IMG/VR virus record: IMGVR_UViG_3300019752_000005 | Span: 1 to 64,000 of that record | Direction: 5' to 3' (one strand) | Length of the DNA stretch: 64,000 nucleotides | Origin: a virus | Shown here: one piece after another, positions 48,000-59,327 of the stretch | Numbering within the stretch: position 1 is the first letter of the stretch | How the letters are laid out: every line of letters starts with the position of its first letter | Position numbers and translations under genes: made by a program | Notes under the pieces: generated by a model | The model's input: only the letters and a program-made list of their open reading frames with translations | What the model was told of the DNA's origin: nothing | The model's database searches: none

Positions 48000-48028
48000 T
48001 TGACATTAAAATAAACCTCATCTACAAT
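48000..48028 (+). promoter_or_regulatory. sigma70-type promoter
   Basis: TTGACA-17-TACAAT. Confidence 0.75.
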
Positions 48029-48062
48029 GCGTCACACAAATCAACAAACAGAGTGAAATAAA

Positions 48063-48830
48063 ATGCAACGAGATATTGATATTTTAAATAAAATTATCAC
48101 AGAAGAAAAAACTGCTGCAAAAAACCTAGTTATTAGTGCTGGTGCAGAACCAATCTACCAACAAGGTTACATTAACGCATTTCATCTCCTAGGTGTTTTG
48201 AATCGCCTATGCAAAGCTAGGGGTGATATCCCAGAATTCCAGATGTCACGCGGGGTGGCTTATTTTGTTGATGATGATAGTATGATTCGTCACATTACAT
48301 TTAAAAATAAGCATACAGATATATTTGTAAGCGGCACCACTAATGTTATAAACTATAATGGTAATTCAACTGAGAAAGCGTTTAATGTAACGTTAGACTT
48401 TAATCAATACGATGACCTAGAATGGCATTCGTTTATGTTTCGCTTTTCAGTGAAGATTTTGGACGCTCTTGACATTAACAAAACTAATTTAATTAAAGTG
48501 ATAGATAGGAGAGAAGACACCTAATTAATGTGAATGGCAGTATGTTCCAAAATGGAACGTACTTGATTCATCAATAAAAACAGCTTAAGTACACACAAGG
48601 AATAAATAATGGATAATTCAAATATTGGTCGTGAAGTAATAATTATTCAGCACCGATGGATGGGGCAGATAACAAAGGAGATTGGCGAGCCGAAAACAGA
48701 TATTATCACCAAGGAAACAAAAACAATGGTTACCACAGCGAATAATGGTCGTTTTATGAAGTCAACAGAACTAAAGCGCGGAGATTCCATGAGTAACCCA
48801 ATATTTACAACTATAAGGTTTACTACATAA
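48063..48830 (+). CDS. two hypothetical proteins (48063-48524, 48609-48830)
   Basis: ORFs after the promoter, with RBS. Confidence 0.5.
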
Positions 48831-48863
48831 GTAGTTAAGCTAATTTAATCACCATCACCCGCC

Positions 48864-48889
48864 AAAGCATCTTAACTGATGCTTTTTTT
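48864..48889 (+). terminator. rho-independent terminator
   Basis: AAAGCATC-TTAACT-GATGCTTT plus T-run. Confidence 0.75.
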
Positions 48890-48962
48890 ATGTCTGCAAT
48901 AATCAAACTATATTTTATTAAATGGAAGTTAAGCGTGACAATAATAAAATAAAGGTTTATTT

Positions 48963-49706
48963 ATGATTTTAAGCAGAACACTAAAAATGCAGCCATGGGA
49001 ACACGGTTTCATTGAAGGGGAAACAGAAAAAGAATATAGGGACTTACTAACTTATATAGAAATGGGTGTAAAGCGTTCTTTACGTAAGCTATGGACTGCG
49101 AATCATGCTAAGGACGAGAAGAATAAAGGTACATACCCATCATGGTGGGGTAATAGAGCAAAGGAGTTGAAGTGGGAGCGTAGGGCTATTGCTAACGATA
49201 TACATAAAACTCAACAGGCTATGATAAACGCTCAGAAAGAAGCTAAAAAAACAAATGAAGAAATGATTTATAGGGAAAAACAATGGCTTAGGGTTGTTAG
49301 TAAGAAATTAAAACGATATGAAGATATGGCTGATAATAACCAAGATGACCAAATATCACCTACTGATATGAAAGATTTAGGGTTGGCAATGAAAACTGTT
49401 CATTCTGAGTTGGAACGCCACCAAGGATTGGGTCAGTACGATCTAAATGATGTTAATAAGGTAGTGGAATTATCTATGTTAGAACCAGATTGGGTTTCAG
49501 ATAGTATTGATCCAGAAAAGAAAGCTGTTAATCTTACTTGGCAGATGTCATCAATAAATCAATTTGGAATGCTTACCAACAATACTAAGCTTGCATTAGG
49601 CACAAATGTGTATATGCAGAAGATGTTAGAAGTTGATGGTGATGAATATATTCAGTCTATAACTACACCAAAGCCGACAGCAACAGTAAGTAGGAAAGAT
49701 GATTAG
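48963..49706 (+). CDS. putative terminase small subunit
   Basis: immediately upstream of terL; PWE...GET..Y..MG..RSL..W..W.RRA...D HTH-like N-terminus plus coiled coil. Confidence 0.55.
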   Translation: MILSRTLKMQPWEHGFIEGETEKEYRDLLTYIEMGVKRSLRKLWTANHAKDEKNKGTYPSWWGNRAKELKWERRAIANDIHKTQQAMINAQKEAKKTNEEMIYREKQWLRVVSKKLKRYEDMADNNQDDQISPTDMKDLGLAMKTVHSELERHQGLGQYDLNDVNKVVELSMLEPDWVSDSIDPEKKAVNLTWQMSSINQFGMLTNNTKLALGTNVYMQKMLEVDGDEYIQSITTPKPTATVSRKDD

Positions 49707-49711
49707 TTAGT

Positions 49712-51298
49712 ATGGGGTACTTTAAAAAAAAGAGAAAGAAGGTAGATATTGATCTATCCCAATCTAACATAGATCTACCCATGCACGATAAGCAGATTAT
49801 TGCATTTAATACTTTTGCAAACGAAATATTATATGGTGGTGCGCGTGGTGGTGGAAAATCTCTTTTATTAAGGTATGCTGCAATAAAGTGGTGTTTAGAT
49901 GTTGATGGTATTGAGATTTATATATTTCGTAAAACTTATGGTAATGTTATCAGAAACCATGTGTATGGTTCATTAGGTTTTAGTGCAATACTCGAACCAT
50001 TAAAAGCTTTTGGTGTTAGAATAATAACAAGCCAATCACCTATGGTTATATTCCCTAATGGAAGTAAAATAATCCTAAGTTACCTTAGAAATATGGCTGA
50101 TTATGATAATTATCACGGGATCGAAATGCCTGTTGTCATGTTTGACGAGCTAACGCAATTTCCGCAAGAGCTTTACTCTTTAATTAAAGGTAATCTGCGT
50201 ATGACAAATATAGAAATACCAGAAAAATATAGTTCTCAGGTTCTTATTAAGCAAGCTGCTGAGCAAGGGGTTGAATTACCAGATACATATAGTTTTTTTC
50301 CTAGAATAATATCAAGTTCAAATCCAACAGGAATCGGTCACAACTGGGTGAAATCAAACTTTGTTGATAGGTGCGGTAACGACATGGAGTTAAATATCAT
50401 ACCTAAAGATGAAGGTGGCATGGTGCGTCAATATGTTCCTGCAACAGTGTATGACAACCCCCAATTAATGAAGGACAGCCCAAACTACATCCACAATCTA
50501 AAATCTCTACCACCAGATAAGAGAAGGGCGTACTTAGAAGGTGACTGGGATGTTACATCAGGTGGTGCGGTAGATGATGTTTGGGATAGGAATATTCATA
50601 TTGTTAAAGCGTTTGATATACCACCAACTTGGGTGGTTTTTAGATCTCTTGATTGGGGTGAAGCACACCCTTACTCAGTGGGCTGGTGGGCACGTTCAAA
50701 CGGCGAAAGTGTTAAGTTAAAGAATGGCTTAACTGTAACCTATCCAGCAGGTACAGTATTTCGTATATATGAGGACTATGGGTGCGCAAATCCAGATAGA
50801 GAGCCTGATAAAGGAGTTAGGTTAACAACAACACAAGTTGCTAGACGTGTGTTAACTATAGAAGAAAATCTTGGTATAAGAAGCGCATTTGGTATTGCTG
50901 ATGGGCAAATATTTAGCCCAAATAACGGTAGTTCTTTATATGAAGGTTTTGAGAAAAATGAAGTGTATTGGGTTGCAGCAGATAAGTCACCAGGTTCACG
51001 TAAAATAGGATTATCTCTATTAAAGGCTATGATGAAATCATCTGTAGATAGAGATGATTATATAGTTAGAATGCAACAAGGCGATCATGTTCACCCGCCA
51101 GAATCAACTCATGAAGAGTCTTGTTTCTACGTATTTGATAGATGTAAGCAGTGGATAAGGACAGTGCCAAGCCTACCATTAAGTAAGCTTGACCCTGATG
51201 ATGTTAATACAGATGCTGAGGATCATATTTATGATGAAACTCGCTATGCGCTAATGCATAAACCATCACACGCTTCTATATTAAGTATGGATTATTAA
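49712..51298 (+). CDS. terL: terminase large subunit
   Basis: YGGARGGGKS, FDELTQF, SSNP.G.GH.WVK, LDWG, DH.YDETRY. Confidence 0.93.
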   Translation: MGYFKKKRKKVDIDLSQSNIDLPMHDKQIIAFNTFANEILYGGARGGGKSLLLRYAAIKWCLDVDGIEIYIFRKTYGNVIRNHVYGSLGFSAILEPLKAFGVRIITSQSPMVIFPNGSKIILSYLRNMADYDNYHGIEMPVVMFDELTQFPQELYSLIKGNLRMTNIEIPEKYSSQVLIKQAAEQGVELPDTYSFFPRIISSSNPTGIGHNWVKSNFVDRCGNDMELNIIPKDEGGMVRQYVPATVYDNPQLMKDSPNYIHNLKSLPPDKRRAYLEGDWDVTSGGAVDDVWDRNIHIVKAFDIPPTWVVFRSLDWGEAHPYSVGWWARSNGESVKLKNGLTVTYPAGTVFRIYEDYGCANPDREPDKGVRLTTTQVARRVLTIEENLGIRSAFGIADGQIFSPNNGSSLYEGFEKNEVYWVAADKSPGSRKIGLSLLKAMMKSSVDRDDYIVRMQQGDHVHPPESTHEESCFYVFDRCKQWIRTVPSLPLSKLDPDDVNTDAEDHIYDETRYALMHKPSHASILSMDY

Positions 51299-51595
51299 GG
51301 ATGCCTTATCCAAACACCCCTTACAAATAGATTTACCAGAAAATATTGAAATCAGTTTATCATCTTCTGCACCACATAAACTGCAACCCCATTTCGGTAG
51401 GTAACCTTCAAACAATACCCTTAATTCATTATCACTAAGGGTGTGTAAACTTTCACCTAACCCATCAACAGAATTTAAAATCCTATTAATACTTTCAAGG
51501 GTGTATGGTTGGTAGAATGGGGATGACTCAATAACACACTCTCTTAGATATTTTATTGTGCCATCAATAGACTCTTTTCTTGTGTGCAGGTGCAT
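51281..51595 (-). CDS. hypothetical protein with a ClpX-type C4 zinc finger
   Basis: CSLCG....ICKGC. Confidence 0.5.
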   Translation of the reverse strand: MHLHTRKESIDGTIKYLRECVIESSPFYQPYTLESINRILNSVDGLGESLHTLSDNELRVLFEGYLPKWGCSLCGAEDDKLISIFSGKSICKGCLDKASLIIHT

Positions 51596-52342
51596 CTAAT
51601 TTTTCAACCACTCAGTGCCACTTATTTTATATTTTAAGTTAAAGTGCTCAATATCATCTTTAATTTCTATTGCAAAGCAATACTTGGGGTGCGATTCATC
51701 AAGCATCTCTTCAAAAATTTCTGCAACATGAAGCTCCCCACCACATAACCAAGGCTCCTTCAGCATGTTTTCCATTGTACCAACAATACCGAAAGACCTT
51801 GTAACCACATTGCTTGGTTTAGAAATATGCTTATCTTCCATATCACTGGATATCTGGTATTTTATTTTGTAAACACCAATCTTACGAATAATAGCCTGCA
51901 CTAACTTAGGTAACCCACATTTAATATATTGCTGGTAATCAGCACCCAAATCGTCCTTCATTTTTTCCTTAGCCACTTCATCCCAGTTTGATGGGCATGT
52001 GATATAGATAGTGTATGGCATACGTGGTGTTAAACCGTTATGTTTCATAGATGATAAGTGGGATAGACAACAAAAATCATCTATTGCACATATTATTTCA
52101 TAAGGGTTATGCTGATACTTTCCTAAGACATGATATGTATCATAATCAAATTCACTTCTATTTAACACACCAGATTCCAGTGCGCTATTTAAGTGGTTGT
52201 AGAAGATATCACTACTTGGTGTTTCTGTGTGAACTTCCTTATAAAAATTAAAGATAATCAAACCAAGATCATATAATCTTAAAACTGGTTTTTTTTGTTT
52301 ACCTATTAATAAGTTAATCTCTCTTTGGTATTTCGACATCAT
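51596..52342 (-). CDS. AbiEi-family (type IV TA) antitoxin-like protein
   Basis: N-terminal wHTH-like region; CLSHLSSM..NGLT.R.P.TIYIT and LCGG..HV motifs. Confidence 0.6.
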   Translation of the reverse strand: MMSKYQREINLLIGKQKKPVLRLYDLGLIIFNFYKEVHTETPSSDIFYNHLNSALESGVLNRSEFDYDTYHVLGKYQHNPYEIICAIDDFCCLSHLSSMKHNGLTPRMPYTIYITCPSNWDEVAKEKMKDDLGADYQQYIKCGLPKLVQAIIRKIGVYKIKYQISSDMEDKHISKPSNVVTRSFGIVGTMENMLKEPWLCGGELHVAEIFEEMLDESHPKYCFAIEIKDDIEHFNLKYKISGTEWLKN

Positions 52343-52345
52343 AAT

Positions 52346-55300
52346 TTAAAAACCTTTAAAGCTGGAAACCAACTCACTATAAATTACCACGCCAAAGAAG
52401 TTTTCCAATCTTGCGCGTTCACCTTCTGTTTTTGGGTTTGCCATCTTTACAAATAGCTCTCCATCAGAACAAGGTATGGTGGTATTTTTTTGAAGCTTAC
52501 TATCACCTACAGCAATAATATGTGCGGTGTAATGATGATTACCGTCACTTGACGGGTGTTTTTCATACCTAACACCATGTTTGTTCATGAAATTAAATAA
52601 TCTTTTACCTAAAACTTGTTGTTGCATACTAACTACTCCTTAATCTTACTCATGTAATTTACAGTATCAGGCATGTTATAAAACTGTTCTAGCAACTTTT
52701 CAACGTCACTCTCTTTAGTATAGTATGAAGCGCGGAAACGATGCAAGTTTTCACCGTCTTTTTTACCCACAGCGACTAGGTCGCGGGAATCTTGTTGGTA
52801 GAATAGGGTGAATATGCCATTGTATTCTAGTGTTTTGTAGGGTTTACTATCACAACAGATTGCTTTAATCAGGCAGTTGGGGGCTGTGGATGGGGTGAAG
52901 TTGGTTAGGTTTGGTATTAGATTTTCCTTTACCTTATGTTTTAACATAAAAACTTCCTTAATTGTTTTTCAAGTTGAGCCATTCCACCGAATCTATTGTG
53001 TTGAAACATAAAACTACCTCTATCAAAGTTAGATTCTTTTATTTTAATTTTCTTATCACCTACCATGAAATATCTTACAAGAAAAGCATGTTGGGACAAT
53101 GGATCGGCTTTTGCCTTTATCCCACCAAAAACCACATCCTCACTTGTCATTGACTCCATTCTGTGAATCAGGGTCGCTGTAGTATTTTCTATATCACTTG
53201 TTATTTCAAAGCTCCTTGACGAATGCTGTAGAATTACTTTAGCAGCGTTTTGCACGCTCAACTCACTGCTAATAACGTGTATTTCATTTTCACAGCCATC
53301 TATTAAGTCTGTTTTAGTTACCCCTCCCACAAACCTAGCTCGACCATCTTTTATATAAAGTTGTACGTGCTTAATCCATTTGCTTTTGATATCTATCAAT
53401 AGACCACCGTTGTTGCTAGTGCTATTGATAATAAATCTATCTTGCACCCTACCTTTATTTAAGTGGTGTAATAGTTCGGCTTCTATTGAATTGAAAACCA
53501 TAACTTCTTTTTTAAAAAACCCAAACATAATATTTTCCTTTAAGTTAAAGCCGCCTGAGCGGCTGCTGATAGCTATTAGTTTAGCATATCCTTAATATCA
53601 GTAATTAAACCTTGCAGATCAAAATGACCACCTAATATATTATTAGAAAGGCTTCTTTCGGTTGGTTTGATTATATCACCATCAGAGTTTAAATCATGTA
53701 TACTATATTGCTCCCGCATACCTGACACATGATATTTTGAGATGTGACGAATAACAAAAGACAAGTCATCGCTCATGAAATAGTAATAACGAGCATCATC
53801 ATGTTCTCCACCGAATCTAATATCAACCAGAATAAAATAACACCCGCCAGAAACCTCGTTTATCTTAGTGGTTAAAACACCCCCTATAGCCTTCGCCTCA
53901 TCAATGACATCAACAGATTGCCGAGAACACCGCACCAATTCATCAATAATCACTTCTATATCAACAAGGCTGTTCTTTTTCACCTCAGCCCGATTAATTA
54001 GATCAATCTTACCTACGTCACTAACAAACATACCTTTGTTATTTTCATCAACCCACACCTCCACGCCACTAATCCACTTATTTTGCAACGTGTAAAGCGC
54101 ACCGTTTTCATCTTTCTGTTCCTTTTTTACGGTGAATTGGTGTGGGGATTTTTGGTTTAGGGTGGTTAGGAAGTCTTGATTTTTAATATATCTATCCTTA
54201 ATCAAGGATGACGCTTCTTTAATATAACCCTCCAAATCATTGCCGCTAAAACTAATTTCCCTGTACTTCCCATTTAAATCATAGAGGCAAATATCCACCA
54301 TATCCAAACCCTTATCACCATGTAGAACAAAATCTGATGTTTGATATTCTGCAAACCACCCACTACCAACACTTAAACAGCTTTTTATATCACTAGGATT
54401 GATACTAGGAAGGCTTTTAGTTAAAAGGTGAATAAAATCACCTACCTTCAACTCTAGTGATTTATTATTCTTCTGCTTAACACTAATAATGTGAGATTTA
54501 ATATCTGTAGCTATACCATTGATTCCAGTTGATGATGGTATGTTATTTAACCTCTCATTATTAATATGTAACCCCAAAATAAGATAATAATCATTAGTAG
54601 TGACACTGCCTAGTAATTTTATCGTTACATGTTTACCAAGCAGCATTCCATCAACTAAGTAATAGCTGCTTGATGAATTATGACCTATATGGTGTGAGTC
54701 AAGGAATGTAATGTTGTTTTCAATTTCTCTAATCTTTACATTATCAAAACCATTACCCTCAAAAGCATCACGAATACCGCGTAACACCTCATCTTCAAAA
54801 GCACTCCTAACACACTTAGCCAAACATTTAAACATAATTAAATTCTCCTGATAAAACATCATTCACTTTATTTTTTAATTCACCAATCAAAACATCCTCC
54901 TTCAATCCCACTTTTTGTCTATTCACATATAAACTACATGTGGTTAAATCATCGTTATTTTTAATACAAGGGAATAGTCTAATCTTGTCACTAGTTTTAA
55001 GGAATGTAACTGGCATAGTACCGTCTAGTAGTGCGGATACAGTGTAGCCATAGTTCCATATTATCACTAAATCCCTTTCTTCTCTTTCTACTTTAATATT
55101 GGTGAAGCCTTGCTCTAATAGAGATTCTTTAATTTGTAAAGAAACTTTATCTGCTAAAGTGCATTCAACCCATTTTTTTAAGTGTTTAATCATGCTCGCT
55201 CCTTTTTTAATTAAATAACACTAAAATTATAACACAAATAACCAATTACGTAGCCAATTAGAGCTAATAAAGACCGTGAATAGCTAAGAATAATGATTAA

Positions 55301-56990
55301 TACGTCCATTTAGTTTTAACTTTACAAAAATCGAGCATCATTTTTTCCAATACATTTACAATATCTTCATTAAAAACAGGAAACTGTGTTGTACGTTCTG
55401 GCTTGTGTGTATCGATAAGATAGCAGTCAATCCAATTCCCGTATGAATAATTGAATACAACATAAAATCTCATACCATTATATCTAACTAAAAATTGATT
55501 ACGCCTAAACCACTCGTCATATTCTACAACCACAAATTCAGTATTTTTTATATGTGCAGTCTTAAAATTTAAGTTGTCTATGATTTTACCAAAAACACTG
55601 TAAGGCATTGGTGGTGGATAATTTACATGATATGGTGTATGGTTGCGTTTAAAATACATCCTGATTTTACTGAGTAATGTCATTTAATACTCCCAACTAG
55701 TATAAATTTTATGACATTCTAAAATCTTTTTTGGCAGCATATTAGTTAATTGTGAGCGTATAAACTTTACTTCACTACCCCACCCACCATTTATATCCAT
55801 AACAAAACAAGATAACCCATTGTGAGTGGAGTGATCATAACTCATAAGTAAAACTGTGAGCGTTTCACCTGACTCAACTACTATATCATTACTGTGATGA
55901 TCTAAATTGATTTTAATTATAGAAAACCTACGATGTTGTTGTGTGGATAATAATCTTGAATTCAAGTTATCGATTAGATTGTAGATTTCAATTATCGATA
56001 ACAATGGAGGTTTGATTGGGTTTTTATCGCATTCTGTTTTCTTGTTAAACATAAGAATGTTTTTAATCCAACTCATGTTATTCTCCTTATACCATGATCA
56101 GCTCTTATAGAGATAAGATGTTTAACCAATGAACTCATGTAATGTGGACACAGCGGTCTTTTCATAGAATCATAAAAACCTAAGTGTTTAAAGTTGTTTT
56201 TTACTGTCACCTTAAACTCCCATAGATAATACCTATAACTATATAAATCTGTGACAGTTAGATTGATAAAAGTTTGACCTCTATCTGATACTTTAGCTAT
56301 AATTTCATCAGGTGAATTAGTTAGATCACCTTCTATAACAATAAATTCATCGTGACTGAACATCTTATCATTAAGTAATTTTATAGTATGATTAATGCAA
56401 TTTATTTTTATTTGCTCGTCATTTGGTTTGGTATCTTTTTTCTTAAAAAAATTAAGCATTGAAATGAAACCTCTCTAAATAAAATTTCCCATACTGGTTA
56501 ATTATGGGTGTAAGGTAAGCTGTGTAATATAACAAGTAAACATACCAGCTTGCCTTCCTACTCATCATCTCAACTGGATCTTTATAGCTATAATGGATCT
56601 CATGCCTGTAAAACTCAATCTGTTCTTTTATTTTAACGTCGCATTCATAGAGAGAATGCGACTGACAAGCCAAACCATATTCTAGTGTTTGGGCTATATA
56701 GAGGTTGTTATGTTTGTGGATGATGTATCTGACTTTCATCTAGGACAATCCTTTTTAACGGTATTGGTTAGTGCTTCCAACCAACTCATTGACCATCCAT
56801 AAAATATTTCATCAAGCATTTCATTAGATAGATCATAAATATTATCACCATAACCAGATATTATATCTAAATCTAGCTTAGCATCCACTACATCATGATG
56901 ATTATAATCACATAAAAGTTCATAAGCGATTACCCTTAGATAATATATTTTATTGTTAATCAATAAAACCTTTAGTTGTTGTTCTGTCAC
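52346..56990 (-). CDS. cluster of hypothetical proteins, several mutually paralogous
   Basis: contiguous ORFs 52346-52627, 52633-52947, 52941-53528, 53576-54862, 54828-55193, 55297-55683, 55684-56076, 56073-56459, 56452-56739, 56736-56990. Confidence 0.55.
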
Positions 56991-57757
56991 TTATCAGACC
57001 TTATTATTAACACCTCTTTAGCGTCTTTCCTAGATGTTTTCTTGCACGCTATATTTCTCTTGACATCAAAAAAAACGAACTCAAAACCCTTGCCAGAATA
57101 CAACTCTATTATATCTATATCAGCTTTATTGGATACAACAACATCTCCGTCTATTGAAGATGCGTATTTACATAATCTAACTTGATCACCCCATGAAAAT
57201 CCCTTACCTGTATAGCCATTAAATGAATTATGGTATGGTGGATCAATATAAACAAAATCACCATCTCTTGGTTGAACATTACTAAAATCTGTGCAGGTGA
57301 ATTTAAAACTACTAAACACATCTTTATAGGCAAGAAAATCTTTTTTGTAATTTATATTGAAATAACTACCCATACCAACATTAAAGTCACCTCTCTTGTT
57401 GAATCTAACTAATCCATTAAAGCAGGTTCTATTTAAATAGTAGAATAGCTGCGCTGCATACGCAGTGTTTTGATTGTCAAGATCGTTAAATACATCACGA
57501 TAATAATAATATAAATCTTTATCGTTCCTCATATCTATATCGCAAACCAATCCGTGCTGAATTTGTTTATAAAGGTTGATCACATGCGGGTTTAAATCAT
57601 TCAGCACAGCATCATTAACACCTAAACCTAACGCAACAGAAACACCTCCAGCAAAAGGCTCAATAAGCCTTTGTTCTTTTTTATAGTATTTTTTTAAGGT
57701 GGGTATAAGCCAACGTTTACCGCCAGCGTATTTCAACACAGGATTTAACAAGCTCAC
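56987..57757 (-). CDS. Dam/D12-class DNA adenine methyltransferase
   Basis: LKYAGGK, EPFAGG, YLNR.CFNGL.R.N, DPPY. Confidence 0.92.
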   Translation of the reverse strand: MSLLNPVLKYAGGKRWLIPTLKKYYKKEQRLIEPFAGGVSVALGLGVNDAVLNDLNPHVINLYKQIQHGLVCDIDMRNDKDLYYYYRDVFNDLDNQNTAYAAQLFYYLNRTCFNGLVRFNKRGDFNVGMGSYFNINYKKDFLAYKDVFSSFKFTCTDFSNVQPRDGDFVYIDPPYHNSFNGYTGKGFSWGDQVRLCKYASSIDGDVVVSNKADIDIIELYSGKGFEFVFFDVKRNIACKKTSRKDAKEVLIIRSDK

Positions 57758-58608
57758 ACCTCAACCACATAATTAATGTATTTAATTTTGTGGTTTTGAC
57801 CATATAAAGGAAATTTGCTGTCCCCCATAGGATGTCTTCTAAATGCCTCGTTAAAAACATTTACCATTTTACCATGCTGTTTCAATAGTTGGATTCTGGT
57901 TTGTGACAACTGTCTTAATCTGAGTAAAGCTTTATCTTTATTAACGAAGTCACCTAACACCCATAATACATTACCATGCTCATTAACTGCTATAACTTGA
58001 TGTATTTTCATTATCTATCTCGCACAAAAAAAGGATACCTTATCGCATCCTTTAATTATAGTGTAGATCTTACAAATTTCTTTACACAGACATAATCCAA
58101 TCCATTAACTCTGTTGTTGGCTCAAGCACACATAGTTCTGAGTGATTAAATACAGCATTAATACATACATTTTCTTCATCAACTTTACACCCAAGATGTT
58201 CACCCATTTTATATGCATGAAAACCATGATCAGAGTGATGTAAGCTTGCATCATCCATAAACTCAGCTATCAACTCTCTCATTTCGTTATCTGTGAGGTG
58301 TTGCATGGAAATAATTCCTGTAGTTTGTTTAACGTAGGTTCTATTAGCTGGATAACCTCTAAAGCCTTTAATTTAGCTTTATCTCTATCATCCTCGTTAA
58401 CATAATAGATAAGCTCATTAAATATGTCAAGGGTGTGCTTTGGTATTGATGTGCATCTGCTTGGAAATATTTCTATTTGCACAGAATTTAAACCGCATTT
58501 CTTATCTAAAGAATCTGAAGCTAATACGGTAGTAGATATTCTATAAATTCCCTTGTATTGTTCAAATTCATTTTCCGATACCAGCAGTCTCTTTATTATT
58601 TTCAACAA
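57754..58608 (-). CDS. three small hypothetical proteins (57754-58011, 58082-58306, 58279-58608)
   Basis: co-oriented ORFs. Confidence 0.45.
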
Positions 58609-59276
58609 TTTAAAACCTTTATTAGTTCGTTAGTTATAACCACATCTTGCTTACAATATTCATGCAGTAACTTGAATTCTTTTTCCTTGTACGCATCCCA
58701 TACCAACGCACCACACATAGCTTGCTTTTTATAATTCAATGTTTTAGCACCATAACCAAGTAAAGATAAGGACGCGTTATCCATAGAAACACCTCTCTCG
58801 TCTGAAATCATTTTCATTACATCAACACTACGTGACCAGTACCTTTTACTTTCATAAACTGGAAATAGTTCTGGTACTGGAATATTCATCTTAATAAAAG
58901 AATTTCTAAGTAAAAATAGATCATAACTTGATGAATTATACCCATACCAGATTGTTTTCAAACACACGTTATCACCCACCCAACTATAAAGTTTCTCCAT
59001 GATATTTTCTCCGTCGAAGCAATCTATGGTGTGATGGGTGTTATCCACATAAACATGAATCAAAATTGGTTCTGCATACAACGGATTTAATGATGTTTTT
59101 CTAACTAAATCTTGGTATCTACCATCTATAGCATCATCGGTATCCCACGATTCTTTTAAAGCTTTTCTCGTATTGTGCTTTGGCTTGGAATTAATAGATT
59201 CCTCTCTAAACTTTTCCAATAACACAGGATTACTTGTTGGAATTGCTTCCACGTCAAACACTAATTTTCTAATCAT
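58602..59276 (-). CDS. DnaQ-like 3'-5' exonuclease (PolB-exo related)
   Basis: ExoI FDVE, ExoII GYN..YD, ExoIII YC..DV; GGGAG RBS supports a start at 59276 rather than 59396. Confidence 0.8.
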   Translation of the reverse strand: MIRKLVFDVEAIPTSNPVLLEKFREESINSKPKHNTRKALKESWDTDDAIDGRYQDLVRKTSLNPLYAEPILIHVYVDNTHHTIDCFDGENIMEKLYSWVGDNVCLKTIWYGYNSSSYDLFLLRNSFIKMNIPVPELFPVYESKRYWSRSVDVMKMISDERGVSMDNASLSLLGYGAKTLNYKKQAMCGALVWDAYKEKEFKLLHEYCKQDVVITNELIKVLNC

Positions 59277-59327
59277 AATACTCCCGCTATATTTTAATAT
59301 TAATAATAAAAATAGGTATTTTAACAT

